The notes under the pieces: model-generated
What the model was told of the DNA's origin: nothing
Seen by the model: only the letters and a program-made list of their open reading frames with translations
Database searches by the model: none
NCBI GenBank assembly: GCA_945873195.1
Contig: CAMCDA010000004.1
Coordinates: forward strand, 1,923 to 65,922
From: Asaia bogorensis
Lineage (GTDB): Bacteria > Pseudomonadota > Alphaproteobacteria > Acetobacterales > Acetobacteraceae
Reading direction: 5' to 3'
DNA length: 64,000 nucleotides
Part shown: positions 55,525-64,000 of the stretch, one piece after another
Numbering within the stretch: position 1 is the stretch's first letter
How the letters are laid out: the number at the start of each line of letters is the position of its first letter
Program-made: the position numbers and the translations under genes

Positions 55525-56589
55525 TCAACGCATCGCTGGCAGCACCTCCGTCTCCAGCAGGCCCTTGGATATCGCCCCGTCCTCGGCCGAGGCGCCGCGC
55601 ATGCCGCCGCTGACGGAAATCTTGTCGAGGCCAAGGGCGCGGATGGCCTGGAGACGGGCGATGACGGTGTCGGGCGTGCCGGTGATGGCAAAGCGGTCGA
55701 TGAAGGCGGGCGTCAGCACCGCGGCCTGGCGGGAATTCGCCATCGTATGCGCCTTCATGTCGTAGGAATTGCGGAGTTCGTGCAGCACCGCGTCGTCGGA
55801 GGCCGAGACAGGCCCGCTCGTCTTGCCGTGCATGACCGAGAACCGGGCAAACGTCGTCAGCCCGCCCTTCACGAGATCCCGCGCCTTGGTCACGTCGGTG
55901 TGGCAGCCGACATTGATATAGGCGCCGAACTTGATGCCGTCCGGGTCCAGGCCGGCGTCGCGCCTCGCCTTGCGGGCGGTTTCGATGCCCCAGGAAATAC
56001 GTTCCAGGTCGGCGCCGAGGGCGAACATCACCCGGTCAGCCTGGCGCGCGGCGATGGCGATGACTCGCGGGCCGCTGGCCGCGACCTCCACCGGCACTTT
56101 GCGGCCCTGGGCGATCCAGTCGATGCGGCTGGCGGGCGGGGCATCGGCGAGTTCCAGGGCGGACATCGGCGGCGCGGTGTCGACAGGGATGTCGATGTCC
56201 TCGAAGGCCACGGATTCCCCGCGCAGATAGGTCTGCAACTGGCGCAGATAGCGTTCGAACGGGGCCAGCTTGCCGGGCGCGCGCCCCAGATGCGCCAATG
56301 CGCTGTCACCGCGCCCAATCCCCAGCACCGCTCGGCCTGACGACACGCGGTCCACGCTGGCGATCGAACAGGCGGTAACCGAGGCTTGGCGGGTGACCGA
56401 GTTCGACACGCCGGTACCAAGCCCGATCCGCTTCGTGGTCGTGGCCGCCATGGCGAGGGCGACGTAGGGGTCTCCGGACAGGTTCTGGGAGTCGACGACC
56501 AGGAACCCGTCCCAGCCGGCTTCCTCCAGTTGCTGGGCCGTGCGCGCCGAGGCCCGCGGTGACGCCACGCCCGTGATCCAGATTTCCAT
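55525..56589 (-). CDS. LLM-class flavin-dependent oxidoreductase
   Basis: DSQNLSGDP, GRAVLGIGRGD, AASGPR. Confidence 0.85.
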   Translation of the reverse strand: MEIWITGVASPRASARTAQQLEEAGWDGFLVVDSQNLSGDPYVALAMAATTTKRIGLGTGVSNSVTRQASVTACSIASVDRVSSGRAVLGIGRGDSALAHLGRAPGKLAPFERYLRQLQTYLRGESVAFEDIDIPVDTAPPMSALELADAPPASRIDWIAQGRKVPVEVAASGPRVIAIAARQADRVMFALGADLERISWGIETARKARRDAGLDPDGIKFGAYINVGCHTDVTKARDLVKGGLTTFARFSVMHGKTSGPVSASDDAVLHELRNSYDMKAHTMANSRQAAVLTPAFIDRFAITGTPDTVIARLQAIRALGLDKISVSGGMRGASAEDGAISKGLLETEVLPAMR

Positions 56590-56654
56590 CCGCCGTCTCC
56601 CCCATGTGGTCATTCCGGGTGATACTGAAGTGGAGAAGCGGAGGAGGAAACCCC

Positions 56655-57722
56655 ATGAAATTCGGCATCGCGATCCCGACGGACGCGGAATCCTGGCGGC
56701 TGGTGCGGCGGGCCGAGGAACTCGGCTTCGATCACGCCTGGTTCTATGACACGCAGATGCTCAGCGCCGATCCCTTCGTTGCGATGGCGGCCTGCGCGAT
56801 GAAGACAACGCGCATCCGGCTGGGGACGGGGGTGCTGATCCCGTCCAATCGCATCGCGGCGGTGGCGGCCAATGCCTTCGCGTCGCTGAACAAGCTGGCG
56901 CCGGGGCGGATTGATTTCGGCGTCGGCACCGGGTTCACCGGGCGGCGGGCGATGGGGCTCGGGGCGGTGAAGCTGGCCGACATGGAGGAATATATCCGCG
57001 TCGTGCGGGCCTTGTGGCGTGGGGAGACGGTGGAGAGCGTGGTGGAGGGCAAGCCTCGGCTGATCCGGCTGCTGAACCCTGATCTGGGGCTGATCAACAC
57101 GGACGGGGATTTGCCGGTTTCCATCGCCGCCTCCGGCCCCAAGGCGCGGGCGCTGACGGCGAAGATCGCGGCCGGTTGGATCGATGGGGCCCCGGGGGTG
57201 GCGCAGAGCACGGCGGCGCTGGCGTCCATGCGGGAGACCTGGGCGGCGGCGGGGCAGGCGCCCGAGGCGTTGAACGCCATCGCCTGGGCCGGCGGCTGCG
57301 TGCTGCGACCGGGGGAACCGGCGGACAGTCCCCGCGCCATCGCCCAGGCCGGGCCGCGGACCATGACGCTGCTGCACCGGGCGGCCGACGCGGTGCTGGG
57401 CGGCTATCCGCCGATCACCCTGCCGGCCGAGTTCGCCGATAAGGTCGCCGGCTATGTCGAGATGGCGCGGAACTACGGTCCCCAGGGCGCGCATTACCTG
57501 GACAATCACCGCGGCCACCTGATGTTCGTCCGCCCCGACGAACGACAGTTCCTGACCGGGGAGATGATCCGGCGGATGACCTGGACGGCACAGGAGGGCG
57601 AACTGACCGAACGGGTCGCGGCGCTGGAGGCGGCGGGGTTCAGCCAGATCGTGTTCTCGATCCTTCCGGGGCAGGAGAGCGCGGTGGAGGATTGGGGGCG
57701 CATCCGGGCGGTGTTCGCGTAG
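56655..57722 (+). CDS. LLM-class flavin-dependent oxidoreductase
   Basis: GFDHAWFYD, GRIDFGVGTG, AASGPK; GAGGAG RBS. Confidence 0.87.
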   Translation: MKFGIAIPTDAESWRLVRRAEELGFDHAWFYDTQMLSADPFVAMAACAMKTTRIRLGTGVLIPSNRIAAVAANAFASLNKLAPGRIDFGVGTGFTGRRAMGLGAVKLADMEEYIRVVRALWRGETVESVVEGKPRLIRLLNPDLGLINTDGDLPVSIAASGPKARALTAKIAAGWIDGAPGVAQSTAALASMRETWAAAGQAPEALNAIAWAGGCVLRPGEPADSPRAIAQAGPRTMTLLHRAADAVLGGYPPITLPAEFADKVAGYVEMARNYGPQGAHYLDNHRGHLMFVRPDERQFLTGEMIRRMTWTAQEGELTERVAALEAAGFSQIVFSILPGQESAVEDWGRIRAVFA

Positions 57723-57733
57723 GACTGACCATG

Positions 57734-57760
57734 GCCCCGGAGGGACGTATCCCCCGGGGC
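57734..57760 (+). terminator. GC-rich hairpin after the LLM gene
   Basis: gccccgg-a-ggga-cgta-tccc-ccggggc; no adjacent U-tract. Confidence 0.4.
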
Positions 57761-57910
57761 GGTATGGATCGGGGATCCGTTTCTTGGTTGCTGACCGAAT
57801 TCAACAGGTGATGCGCGTTTCCGTTCCGTTTCTGTGATCCACTTCACTCTCGCGGCATGCTCGGCTGTGCAATTCAGCCACGAGATGCAACGAAAGAAGG
57901 ATCAAGAACG

Positions 57911-59779
57911 ATGCCACGTAAGCTTAAGAACATCGAGCGTGATGTTGTCCGTATGGGAGAGCGTAAGGCAGGGGAGCCGATCCGGGCCCTGCCGGACGTG
58001 CCGGATATTCGGGATTTGCCATATCAGGCCAGCCTGTTGCCTTTGGCACCAAGGCTGGATGTGCCCGCCGGTCTGACGATCCTGGATCAGGGTCCTGACG
58101 GTGCCTGCACGGGCTTTGCCCTGGCGGCTGTCGTCAATCTCTTGTCGGACCGCGTCGCGGCTACCCACCGGCGAAAAGGGATGCGGCGGGTCAGCGCACA
58201 GATGCTCTACCGCATGGCCCGCCTGCACGATGAGTGGCCGGGCGAGGACTATGAAGGCTCCAGCCTGCGCGGTGCCTTGCGGGGGTTCTACAATAACGGT
58301 GCATGCCGGGATGACCTGTGGGACGTGTCGGCGACGGAGTTCACCTCCCTTGAGGCCGCGATGGATGCGCGGCGGACCAGCCTTGGCGCCTATTATCGGC
58401 TCCGGCCGGTCATATCGGATTACCATGCCGCGCTGAATGAGACAGGCGCGATTTACGTCTCGGCGGCGGTGCATCCTGGGTGGGACAAACCAGTGGGCGG
58501 CAAGATCAAGCCGCGTGCCGGCGGTCCTCTGCACGCGTTCGCGATTGTCGGCTATGACGAGACGGGCTTCTTTGTACAGAATTCCTGGGGTGCCAAATGG
58601 GGCAAGTCGGGCACGGCCCATTGGTCATATAATGACTGGGCGGCCAATGTTCAGGATTCCTGGGTATTGCAACTCGCGGTTGAAGCGCCGGATGCCTTTG
58701 GTCTGACTGTTCGTTCCGGTTCCACCAGGGGCACCACTTCGGGTCGGGATGTCCGCCGTACGCAGCCGAGCCGTACTGACATCGCGGGGCATTTTGTGCA
58801 TGTGCAAAATGGGGCGTACTCCAAGAAGCAACCTTACTGGAGTGACCAGGCCGATGTGGAAGCGACCGCCAACCTGGTTGCTACGAAGGACAAGCACCGT
58901 CACTTGCTGATCTACGCGCACGGAGGCCTCAACTCACCCGCCGACGCGGCGAGCAGAACCGCGGCGATGACGAATGTCTTCATGGAAAATGGCGTGTATC
59001 CCTATGCCATTTTCTACGACACTGGTCTGTTGGAAACGTTGAAGGACGTAATCACCGGCAAGGGCGCGGCAATAGCGGAACGCTCCGGCGGGTTGCTGGA
59101 CATGACGGATGTGCTGATTGAGAGTGCCATCGGCGATGTCGGCAAACGTCTGTGGACGGAGATGAAGGCTGATGCGACCTTGCCGTTCAAGCCTGGACGT
59201 GATGGAGAACGAGCGATCAAGGCCTTTGTTGACGCCTTGAGCATGGGAGGAACGGTGACGTCCTTGCATCTGGTCGGCCATAGCACGGGTGCCATCCTGC
59301 TGGGGAATCTGCTTGGATCATTGGACAACGTGGCACAGGGTGCGATCGCGGTCGAAACCTGCACATTGATGGCCCCGGCCTGCTCGATCGACTTCTACAA
59401 CCGGCATTTCAAACCGCGCCTTGGTGCCGCTGTCTCTCCAGGACAAACCAAGATCAACGAAATGACCGTATACAATCTGAATGATGAAGAGGAACAGGCG
59501 GATTCCGTTACGCCACTCTACAACAAGTCGTTGCTCTATCTCGTCTCGAATGCCTTTGAATCGCGCTCGCGCATGCCCTTGCTCGGCATGGAAGTGTTTG
59601 AAAGGCAGTTGAATGGTGATCCTGTCACGATTTGCCACGCAGGCGGCAACGACAAGCGGTCAGCCAGCACGACGCATGGTGGCTTTGATAACGATGTTGC
59701 GACGATGAACGATCTGTTGACTCGGGTTCTGAAGAAGAAGCCAAGCCGTAAGTTTACAGATCGCGACCTGGACTACTGA
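57911..59779 (+). CDS. C1 (papain-like) peptidase fused to an alpha/beta-hydrolase domain
   Basis: DQGPDGACTGF, HAFAIVGY, QNSWG; then HGGLN, GHSTG, HGGFDND; visibly more A/T-ending codons than the flanking genes. Confidence 0.85.
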   Translation: MPRKLKNIERDVVRMGERKAGEPIRALPDVPDIRDLPYQASLLPLAPRLDVPAGLTILDQGPDGACTGFALAAVVNLLSDRVAATHRRKGMRRVSAQMLYRMARLHDEWPGEDYEGSSLRGALRGFYNNGACRDDLWDVSATEFTSLEAAMDARRTSLGAYYRLRPVISDYHAALNETGAIYVSAAVHPGWDKPVGGKIKPRAGGPLHAFAIVGYDETGFFVQNSWGAKWGKSGTAHWSYNDWAANVQDSWVLQLAVEAPDAFGLTVRSGSTRGTTSGRDVRRTQPSRTDIAGHFVHVQNGAYSKKQPYWSDQADVEATANLVATKDKHRHLLIYAHGGLNSPADAASRTAAMTNVFMENGVYPYAIFYDTGLLETLKDVITGKGAAIAERSGGLLDMTDVLIESAIGDVGKRLWTEMKADATLPFKPGRDGERAIKAFVDALSMGGTVTSLHLVGHSTGAILLGNLLGSLDNVAQGAIAVETCTLMAPACSIDFYNRHFKPRLGAAVSPGQTKINEMTVYNLNDEEEQADSVTPLYNKSLLYLVSNAFESRSRMPLLGMEVFERQLNGDPVTICHAGGNDKRSASTTHGGFDNDVATMNDLLTRVLKKKPSRKFTDRDLDY

Positions 59780-59830
59780 GTAATCGCGTGATGCGGGCGT
59801 GCCATCCAGGCCCGCCCGCATCAGCAGCGA

Positions 59831-61408
59831 TCAAACCCGCTTGGCGCCCCAGAACAGCGGGAACCCGTCTGGGATCCCGTCGATCGTCTTCTGCCACGCC
59901 ACCGGCTGATACCAGATGCCCAGCGGGATATGCGGCACGTCGATCCAGCATTGTTCCTGGATGGCAACGGCGATCTTCTTCTGCGCTTCCATGGTCGGGG
60001 CATCGACCCAGGCGGAGCGCAATTCCTCGATCTTCGGGCTGTCGGTCCAGCCGAACCAGCCCTTGTCGCCGTTGGTGCGGAAGAAATGCAGCATCGGCGT
60101 CTGCACATCCAAACCGTTGGCGGTGGTGCACAAAGCGCTCCAGCCACCCTTGTCCACGGGCTGCTTGTTCTCCCGCCGCACGATCGCCGTGCCCCAGTCC
60201 AGCGACTGGACATCAAGGTTCAGGCCCACGTTCTTGAACATCTCGGCCGTCATGTCCGCCATCGCCTTGCGGTAATGCGGGTCGAACGGCGCCAGCAGCA
60301 CGGTGCGCTCGTTGTTGTAGCCGGCTTCCTTGATCATCGCCTTTACCCGAGCGGCGTCGCGCGGGCTGTTCAGCAGGTCCATCCCCGCGTCGTTCGCCAT
60401 GTCGGTGCCGGGTGTGAAGATGCCCACCTTGTCGCGCCACATCGCCCGATCCTCACCGGCGACCGCCGTCATGAAGTCGGCCTGGTCGACCGCGCGGATC
60501 ATCGCCCGCCGGATCGCCGGATTGTTGAAGGGCGGCTGGAGGTTGTTCATCTTCAGCATGCCCATCGTGCCGTTGCGATCCTTGATCGCCACGTTGATGC
60601 GGCCCGTCTGCTTTAGCACCGGCAGCAGATCGACGGTCGGCAGTTCCCACCAGTCCATCTCGCCCGAGCGCATCGACGCCGCCGATGTCCCGTCATCGGG
60701 GCTGGTGATCCACTCCACACGATTGAAATGCACAACCTTCGCCCCAGCCGTCCACCCGGTGCTCGGCTCGGACCTGGGCACGTATTTGTCGTTCTTCACA
60801 TACACGGCCCGCGCGCCGGACACCCATTCGTCGGCCTTGAACTTGAACGGGCCGCTGCCGACCATCTCGGAGATGCCCTTGAACGGGTCCATCATCGCGA
60901 ACCGCTCGGGCATCATCGCGCACATCGGGGTGGAGATTTTCCCCAGCGCGTAGGGCAGATGCGAGAACGGCCGTTTCAGGCGAAACTGGAACGTCCGGTC
61001 ATCGATCACCGACAGCTCATCCGTGCGCGCCATCAGCAGGCTGCCGACGCCATCGCGCCTGGCCCAGCGCTTGATGGAGGCGACGCAGTCCTTGGCCGTC
61101 ACGCGTTCGCCGTCATGCCACATCAGGCCTTCGCGCAGGCGCAACACCCAGCGCTTGTCGTCGTCTTCGAGCGACACGCGATCCAGCATCTGCGGCTGCA
61201 TGCGATAGTTGCTGTCCATGCCGAACAGCGTGTCGAACACCATGAAGCCGTGGTTGCGCGCGGTATAGACGGTCGTCACGATCGGGTCGAGGATCGTCAG
61301 GTCGGATTGCGGAATGAACTTCAGCGGCGCCACCGCCTGGCCCTTGCCGATCGATGGCGCGGCAAGGGTGGCGACGGCGGCGGCTGCGAAAGTACGGCGT
61401 GTCAGCAT
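59831..61408 (-). CDS. Family 5 (DppA/OppA-like) ABC substrate-binding protein, Tat signal
   Basis: TRRTF; LREGLMWHDG..VT..DCVAS..RW; GSGPFKF. Confidence 0.9.
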   Translation of the reverse strand: MLTRRTFAAAAVATLAAPSIGKGQAVAPLKFIPQSDLTILDPIVTTVYTARNHGFMVFDTLFGMDSNYRMQPQMLDRVSLEDDDKRWVLRLREGLMWHDGERVTAKDCVASIKRWARRDGVGSLLMARTDELSVIDDRTFQFRLKRPFSHLPYALGKISTPMCAMMPERFAMMDPFKGISEMVGSGPFKFKADEWVSGARAVYVKNDKYVPRSEPSTGWTAGAKVVHFNRVEWITSPDDGTSAASMRSGEMDWWELPTVDLLPVLKQTGRINVAIKDRNGTMGMLKMNNLQPPFNNPAIRRAMIRAVDQADFMTAVAGEDRAMWRDKVGIFTPGTDMANDAGMDLLNSPRDAARVKAMIKEAGYNNERTVLLAPFDPHYRKAMADMTAEMFKNVGLNLDVQSLDWGTAIVRRENKQPVDKGGWSALCTTANGLDVQTPMLHFFRTNGDKGWFGWTDSPKIEELRSAWVDAPTMEAQKKIAVAIQEQCWIDVPHIPLGIWYQPVAWQKTIDGIPDGFPLFWGAKRV

Positions 61409-61435
61409 GGTGCGTTGTTCCAGAACAAAGGGGGC

Positions 61436-62623
61436 TCAGATGACCTTGGCGGTGCGGAAGCCGCTGATCTGATCAGCGCTATAGCCGAGTTCGCCCAGGA
61501 TTTCGTCATTATGCTGGCCGAACATCGGCGGCGGGCGATCCACCGCCGGCCCACCGTGGGCGAACTTGAAGGCGGCGACGGGAACGGTGAACGACCCCGG
61601 CACGCCCGGCGCGTTTTCGTGCTTGTGCAGGATGCCGCGGCTGCCGAGCTGCGGGTCGGCGAGGGCTTCCCCCATGGTGCGGACGCGGGAGGCTGGGACG
61701 TGACGTGCCTGGAACCATTCCTCCCACTCGGCCGCGGTCTTGGCGAGCAGCAACTGGCCCAGGACCTGTTCCTCCTGCGCATGGTCGGCGTCGCGTTCGT
61801 CGTTGGTCTTCTTGGCCATGTCCGGCCGTTCCAGCGCGATCCACAGGCGCCGCTGCTGGCGCAGGTTGGAGGCGCCGATCATCACCATGCCCTCCTTGGT
61901 CGGATACGCCATGGAGGTCGCGTGGCCGGTGCTGTTGCCCGACGGCTTGGGGTGCTTGCCGTTGCGCATGTAGCCGGTGACGTGGCTCGCCATCAGCATC
62001 ATCGCGACATCCAGCATCGCCATGTCGATGCGCTGGCCCTGGCCCGTCCGCTCCCGCTGGAACAGCGCCGCCGACAACGCATAGGCACCCATCGTGCCCG
62101 TTGCGTAGTCGATCGCGGGAGCCCCAATCTTGATCGGGTTGGCTTCCGGCGTGCCGGTCATCGCCATGATGCCCGAGGTCGACTGTATGACGTGGTCATA
62201 GGCGGTGCGTTCCCGCTTGGGGCCGCCCTGGCCGTAGGCGGAGAACGAGGCATAGATCAGCTTCGGGTTGATCTTCCGCAGGTCCTCATAGCCCAGGCCC
62301 AATGCCTCAAACGCGCCGGGGCGGTAGTTTTCCACCAGCACATCCGCGGTGGCGACCAGCTTCTTGAGGATTTCCCGTCCCTGCTCGGATTTCAGGTTCA
62401 GGCTGATGGCGCGCTTGTTGGACCCCTGCGTGAGGAATCCCGTGCCCATCAGCGCATGGTTCAGGTCATTGTCGGAACCTGAATCGCGGCTCTGGTCGGG
62501 GTCGGACGGGTCTTCGACCTTGATGACATCGGCGCCCATGAGCCCAAGCTGATAGGCCGCGAAGGGGCCGGCGAGGACATGGGTGATGTCGATGATGCGG
62601 ATGCCTTCGAAGGGGCGGGGCAT
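61436..62623 (-). CDS. CaiB/BaiF class III CoA-transferase
   Basis: GADVIKVE, ADVLVENYRPG, AYD; GGAGG RBS. Confidence 0.92.
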   Translation of the reverse strand: MPRPFEGIRIIDITHVLAGPFAAYQLGLMGADVIKVEDPSDPDQSRDSGSDNDLNHALMGTGFLTQGSNKRAISLNLKSEQGREILKKLVATADVLVENYRPGAFEALGLGYEDLRKINPKLIYASFSAYGQGGPKRERTAYDHVIQSTSGIMAMTGTPEANPIKIGAPAIDYATGTMGAYALSAALFQRERTGQGQRIDMAMLDVAMMLMASHVTGYMRNGKHPKPSGNSTGHATSMAYPTKEGMVMIGASNLRQQRRLWIALERPDMAKKTNDERDADHAQEEQVLGQLLLAKTAAEWEEWFQARHVPASRVRTMGEALADPQLGSRGILHKHENAPGVPGSFTVPVAAFKFAHGGPAVDRPPPMFGQHNDEILGELGYSADQISGFRTAKVI

Positions 62624-63330
62624 GGCGGTTCCTCCGGGATTGATTTGTCTGGAGGGTGGGGGGTTGTCGGGTCGGCGTCAATCTCGGTGGTCGCGCCAGG
62701 CGGTGGCGGGGAGGGGGTCGTTTCTGTCTCAAGGAAACGTGGTTCGGGATCGTGTCCCTGGTTTTGAAACGCGTCCGCCTGCGTCTCGGCGGGTTCCGTC
62801 TCATGGACATGTGGGGTGGGACGATGTTCCGGATTTTGATCCGGTTGATCATTGCTGGTTTGATCCGATGGTGGCAAGGCCTTGGCCATCCATTGCGCGG
62901 CGGCGTATTCGATCCAGGCCGAGCTTTCCGCCGATGCGTCGGTTTCTTCGCGCTTGCGGCGTTCGGCTTGCATTAACCGGAGGATCCGCAACGCGCCCTG
63001 GGCGTGGCGCATCATGCCGCCGGCCTGTGCGGTGCATTGCAGCACCTGCTTGGGATCGGTGGCGGGGTCGTTGGCGAGGCCCATCGTGACCATGGCCTGG
63101 GCGTTCGCGGCGACGGCCTGGGCGGCGATGGCGGCCTCGGCCGCGTTGGCGGGGCAGAGGGCGGCGACCTGAGCTATGGCGGCGTAGTCTCGGGCGATCG
63201 CCGCTGTTGGGCCGGGCGGGGCAGGCGGGAGGTTCTGGCGCAGCGTGTGCATCAGGTGGTGGTAAGCGTGGCGCGGGAGGGTAGAGGTGTCCATGCCCGG
63301 TAGGGTGGGCATTGGGATGTGGTTGTTCAA
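62461..63330 (-). CDS. Hypothetical Ala-rich helical protein with a disordered tail overlapping the CaiB gene
   Basis: The N-terminal ~150 aa look coding; the tail is low complexity; 163-nt same-strand overlap. Confidence 0.5.
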   Translation of the reverse strand: MNNHIPMPTLPGMDTSTLPRHAYHHLMHTLRQNLPPAPPGPTAAIARDYAAIAQVAALCPANAAEAAIAAQAVAANAQAMVTMGLANDPATDPKQVLQCTAQAGGMMRHAQGALRILRLMQAERRKREETDASAESSAWIEYAAAQWMAKALPPSDQTSNDQPDQNPEHRPTPHVHETEPAETQADAFQNQGHDPEPRFLETETTPSPPPPGATTEIDADPTTPHPPDKSIPEEPPCPAPSKASASSTSPMSSPAPSRPISLGSWAPMSSRSKTRPTPTRAAIQVPTMT

Positions 63331-63419
63331 TATTTGTTCTCTACAATTTCCGCCACACTCAGCCTATTGGGGCTAAGGTATGCGCAGGGTTCGTCGGACC
63401 ATTGCAGAGAGCTGAGCTG

Positions 63420-64000
63420 ATGAATGAAAGTCGTGCGAAGCGTCACCACTACGTTCCAAAATTCTACTTAAGAATGTTTGCGGACCATGTGAACAAGAGT
63501 CGAGTGGGAGTCGTGGAGCGGCACCACGACATATTGGTGAAAGACCGAAAGTCAATCGATCGAATCGATTATGAGGACGCACTCTACGACTACACTGTTG
63601 CCGCCGTTCCAGGTTCGATCGAAACCGAGTTGAACCGCGTTATCGAGACGCCATTTTCGCGAAGCGACACTTGGCGAAAAATCTGTACCGGCAGCTATGC
63701 GAGCCTCGATGAGGCCGACAAAGTGGCGATATATGGCTTTGCGCGGCACCTGCAACTGCGAAACCTGGAAACCCTCCGGTTCATCGAAACGGAAAACACT
63801 CGGTTCCAAAGTGGCGCACTCGACGGGCATCTCACCAGGGAAGAGCGGGAGATGCACGAGTGGATTGCCGCATCACCTGACAACGCTCACGCAATTTTTC
63901 GGGATGGCGCTTTGGATACAAGTCTTCCACTGGACGTGGATATAGCAGGGCTGTTGAATTCTCTATGCCTCGGTGCTGAAAGAGTGAGTCTGCGCCGCAA
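63420..64000 (+). CDS. DUF4238 domain protein, partial (runs off the window)
   Basis: Manual translation MNESRAKRHHYVPKFYLRMF... is open to 64000; AT-richer sequence. Confidence 0.8.
   Translation, partial: MNESRAKRHHYVPKFYLRMFADHVNKSRVGVVERHHDILVKDRKSIDRIDYEDALYDYTVAAVPGSIETELNRVIETPFSRSDTWRKICTGSYASLDEADKVAIYGFARHLQLRNLETLRFIETENTRFQSGALDGHLTREEREMHEWIAASPDNAHAIFRDGALDTSLPLDVDIAGLLNSLCLGAERVSLRR

Noticed and set aside
1-64000. tRNA, rRNA, integrase or transposase
   Set aside because: None recognised by eye; tRNAscan-SE/Infernal would be needed to exclude small RNAs

Overview
High-GC alphaproteobacterial chromosomal window (Acetobacteraceae/Rhodospirillales-like, inferred from gene content). 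Most of it is ordinary catabolic and redox metabolism: GMC oxidoreductase, acyl-CoA dehydrogenase, SDRs, LLM enzymes, a Mo-hydroxylase, amidohydrolases and solute-binding proteins. It also carries housekeeping genes (serB, dapF-mtaB-ftsY), an NrtABC-type nitrate/cyanate ABC transporter with a dual-hairpin ANTAR-like leader, an Xre/RES toxin-antitoxin pair and several REP-like palindromes. Two AT-richer insertions encode a papain-like/alpha-beta-hydrolase fusion and a DUF4238 protein. The standout is a ~21 kb block (~12.1-33.5 kb) of almost entirely uncharacterised envelope genes. It holds three mitofilin (Mic60)-like TM/coiled-coil proteins and a ParA-family ATPase with a natural Walker-A Lys->Ala change, followed by a Pro-rich mitofilin-like partner. 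It also holds an ABC-ATPase/MlaE fusion with no MCE gene, a CzcA/CusA-type RND operon with no outer-membrane factor, two DUF6524-like membrane proteins, several small Gly-zipper proteins, and three copies of an unknown Cys-containing domain joined to DUF2061-like hairpins at both ends of the block. My inference, which is untested, is that this block builds and positions a membrane compartment or envelope contact site. All family assignments come from motif recognition by eye; no database searches were run.
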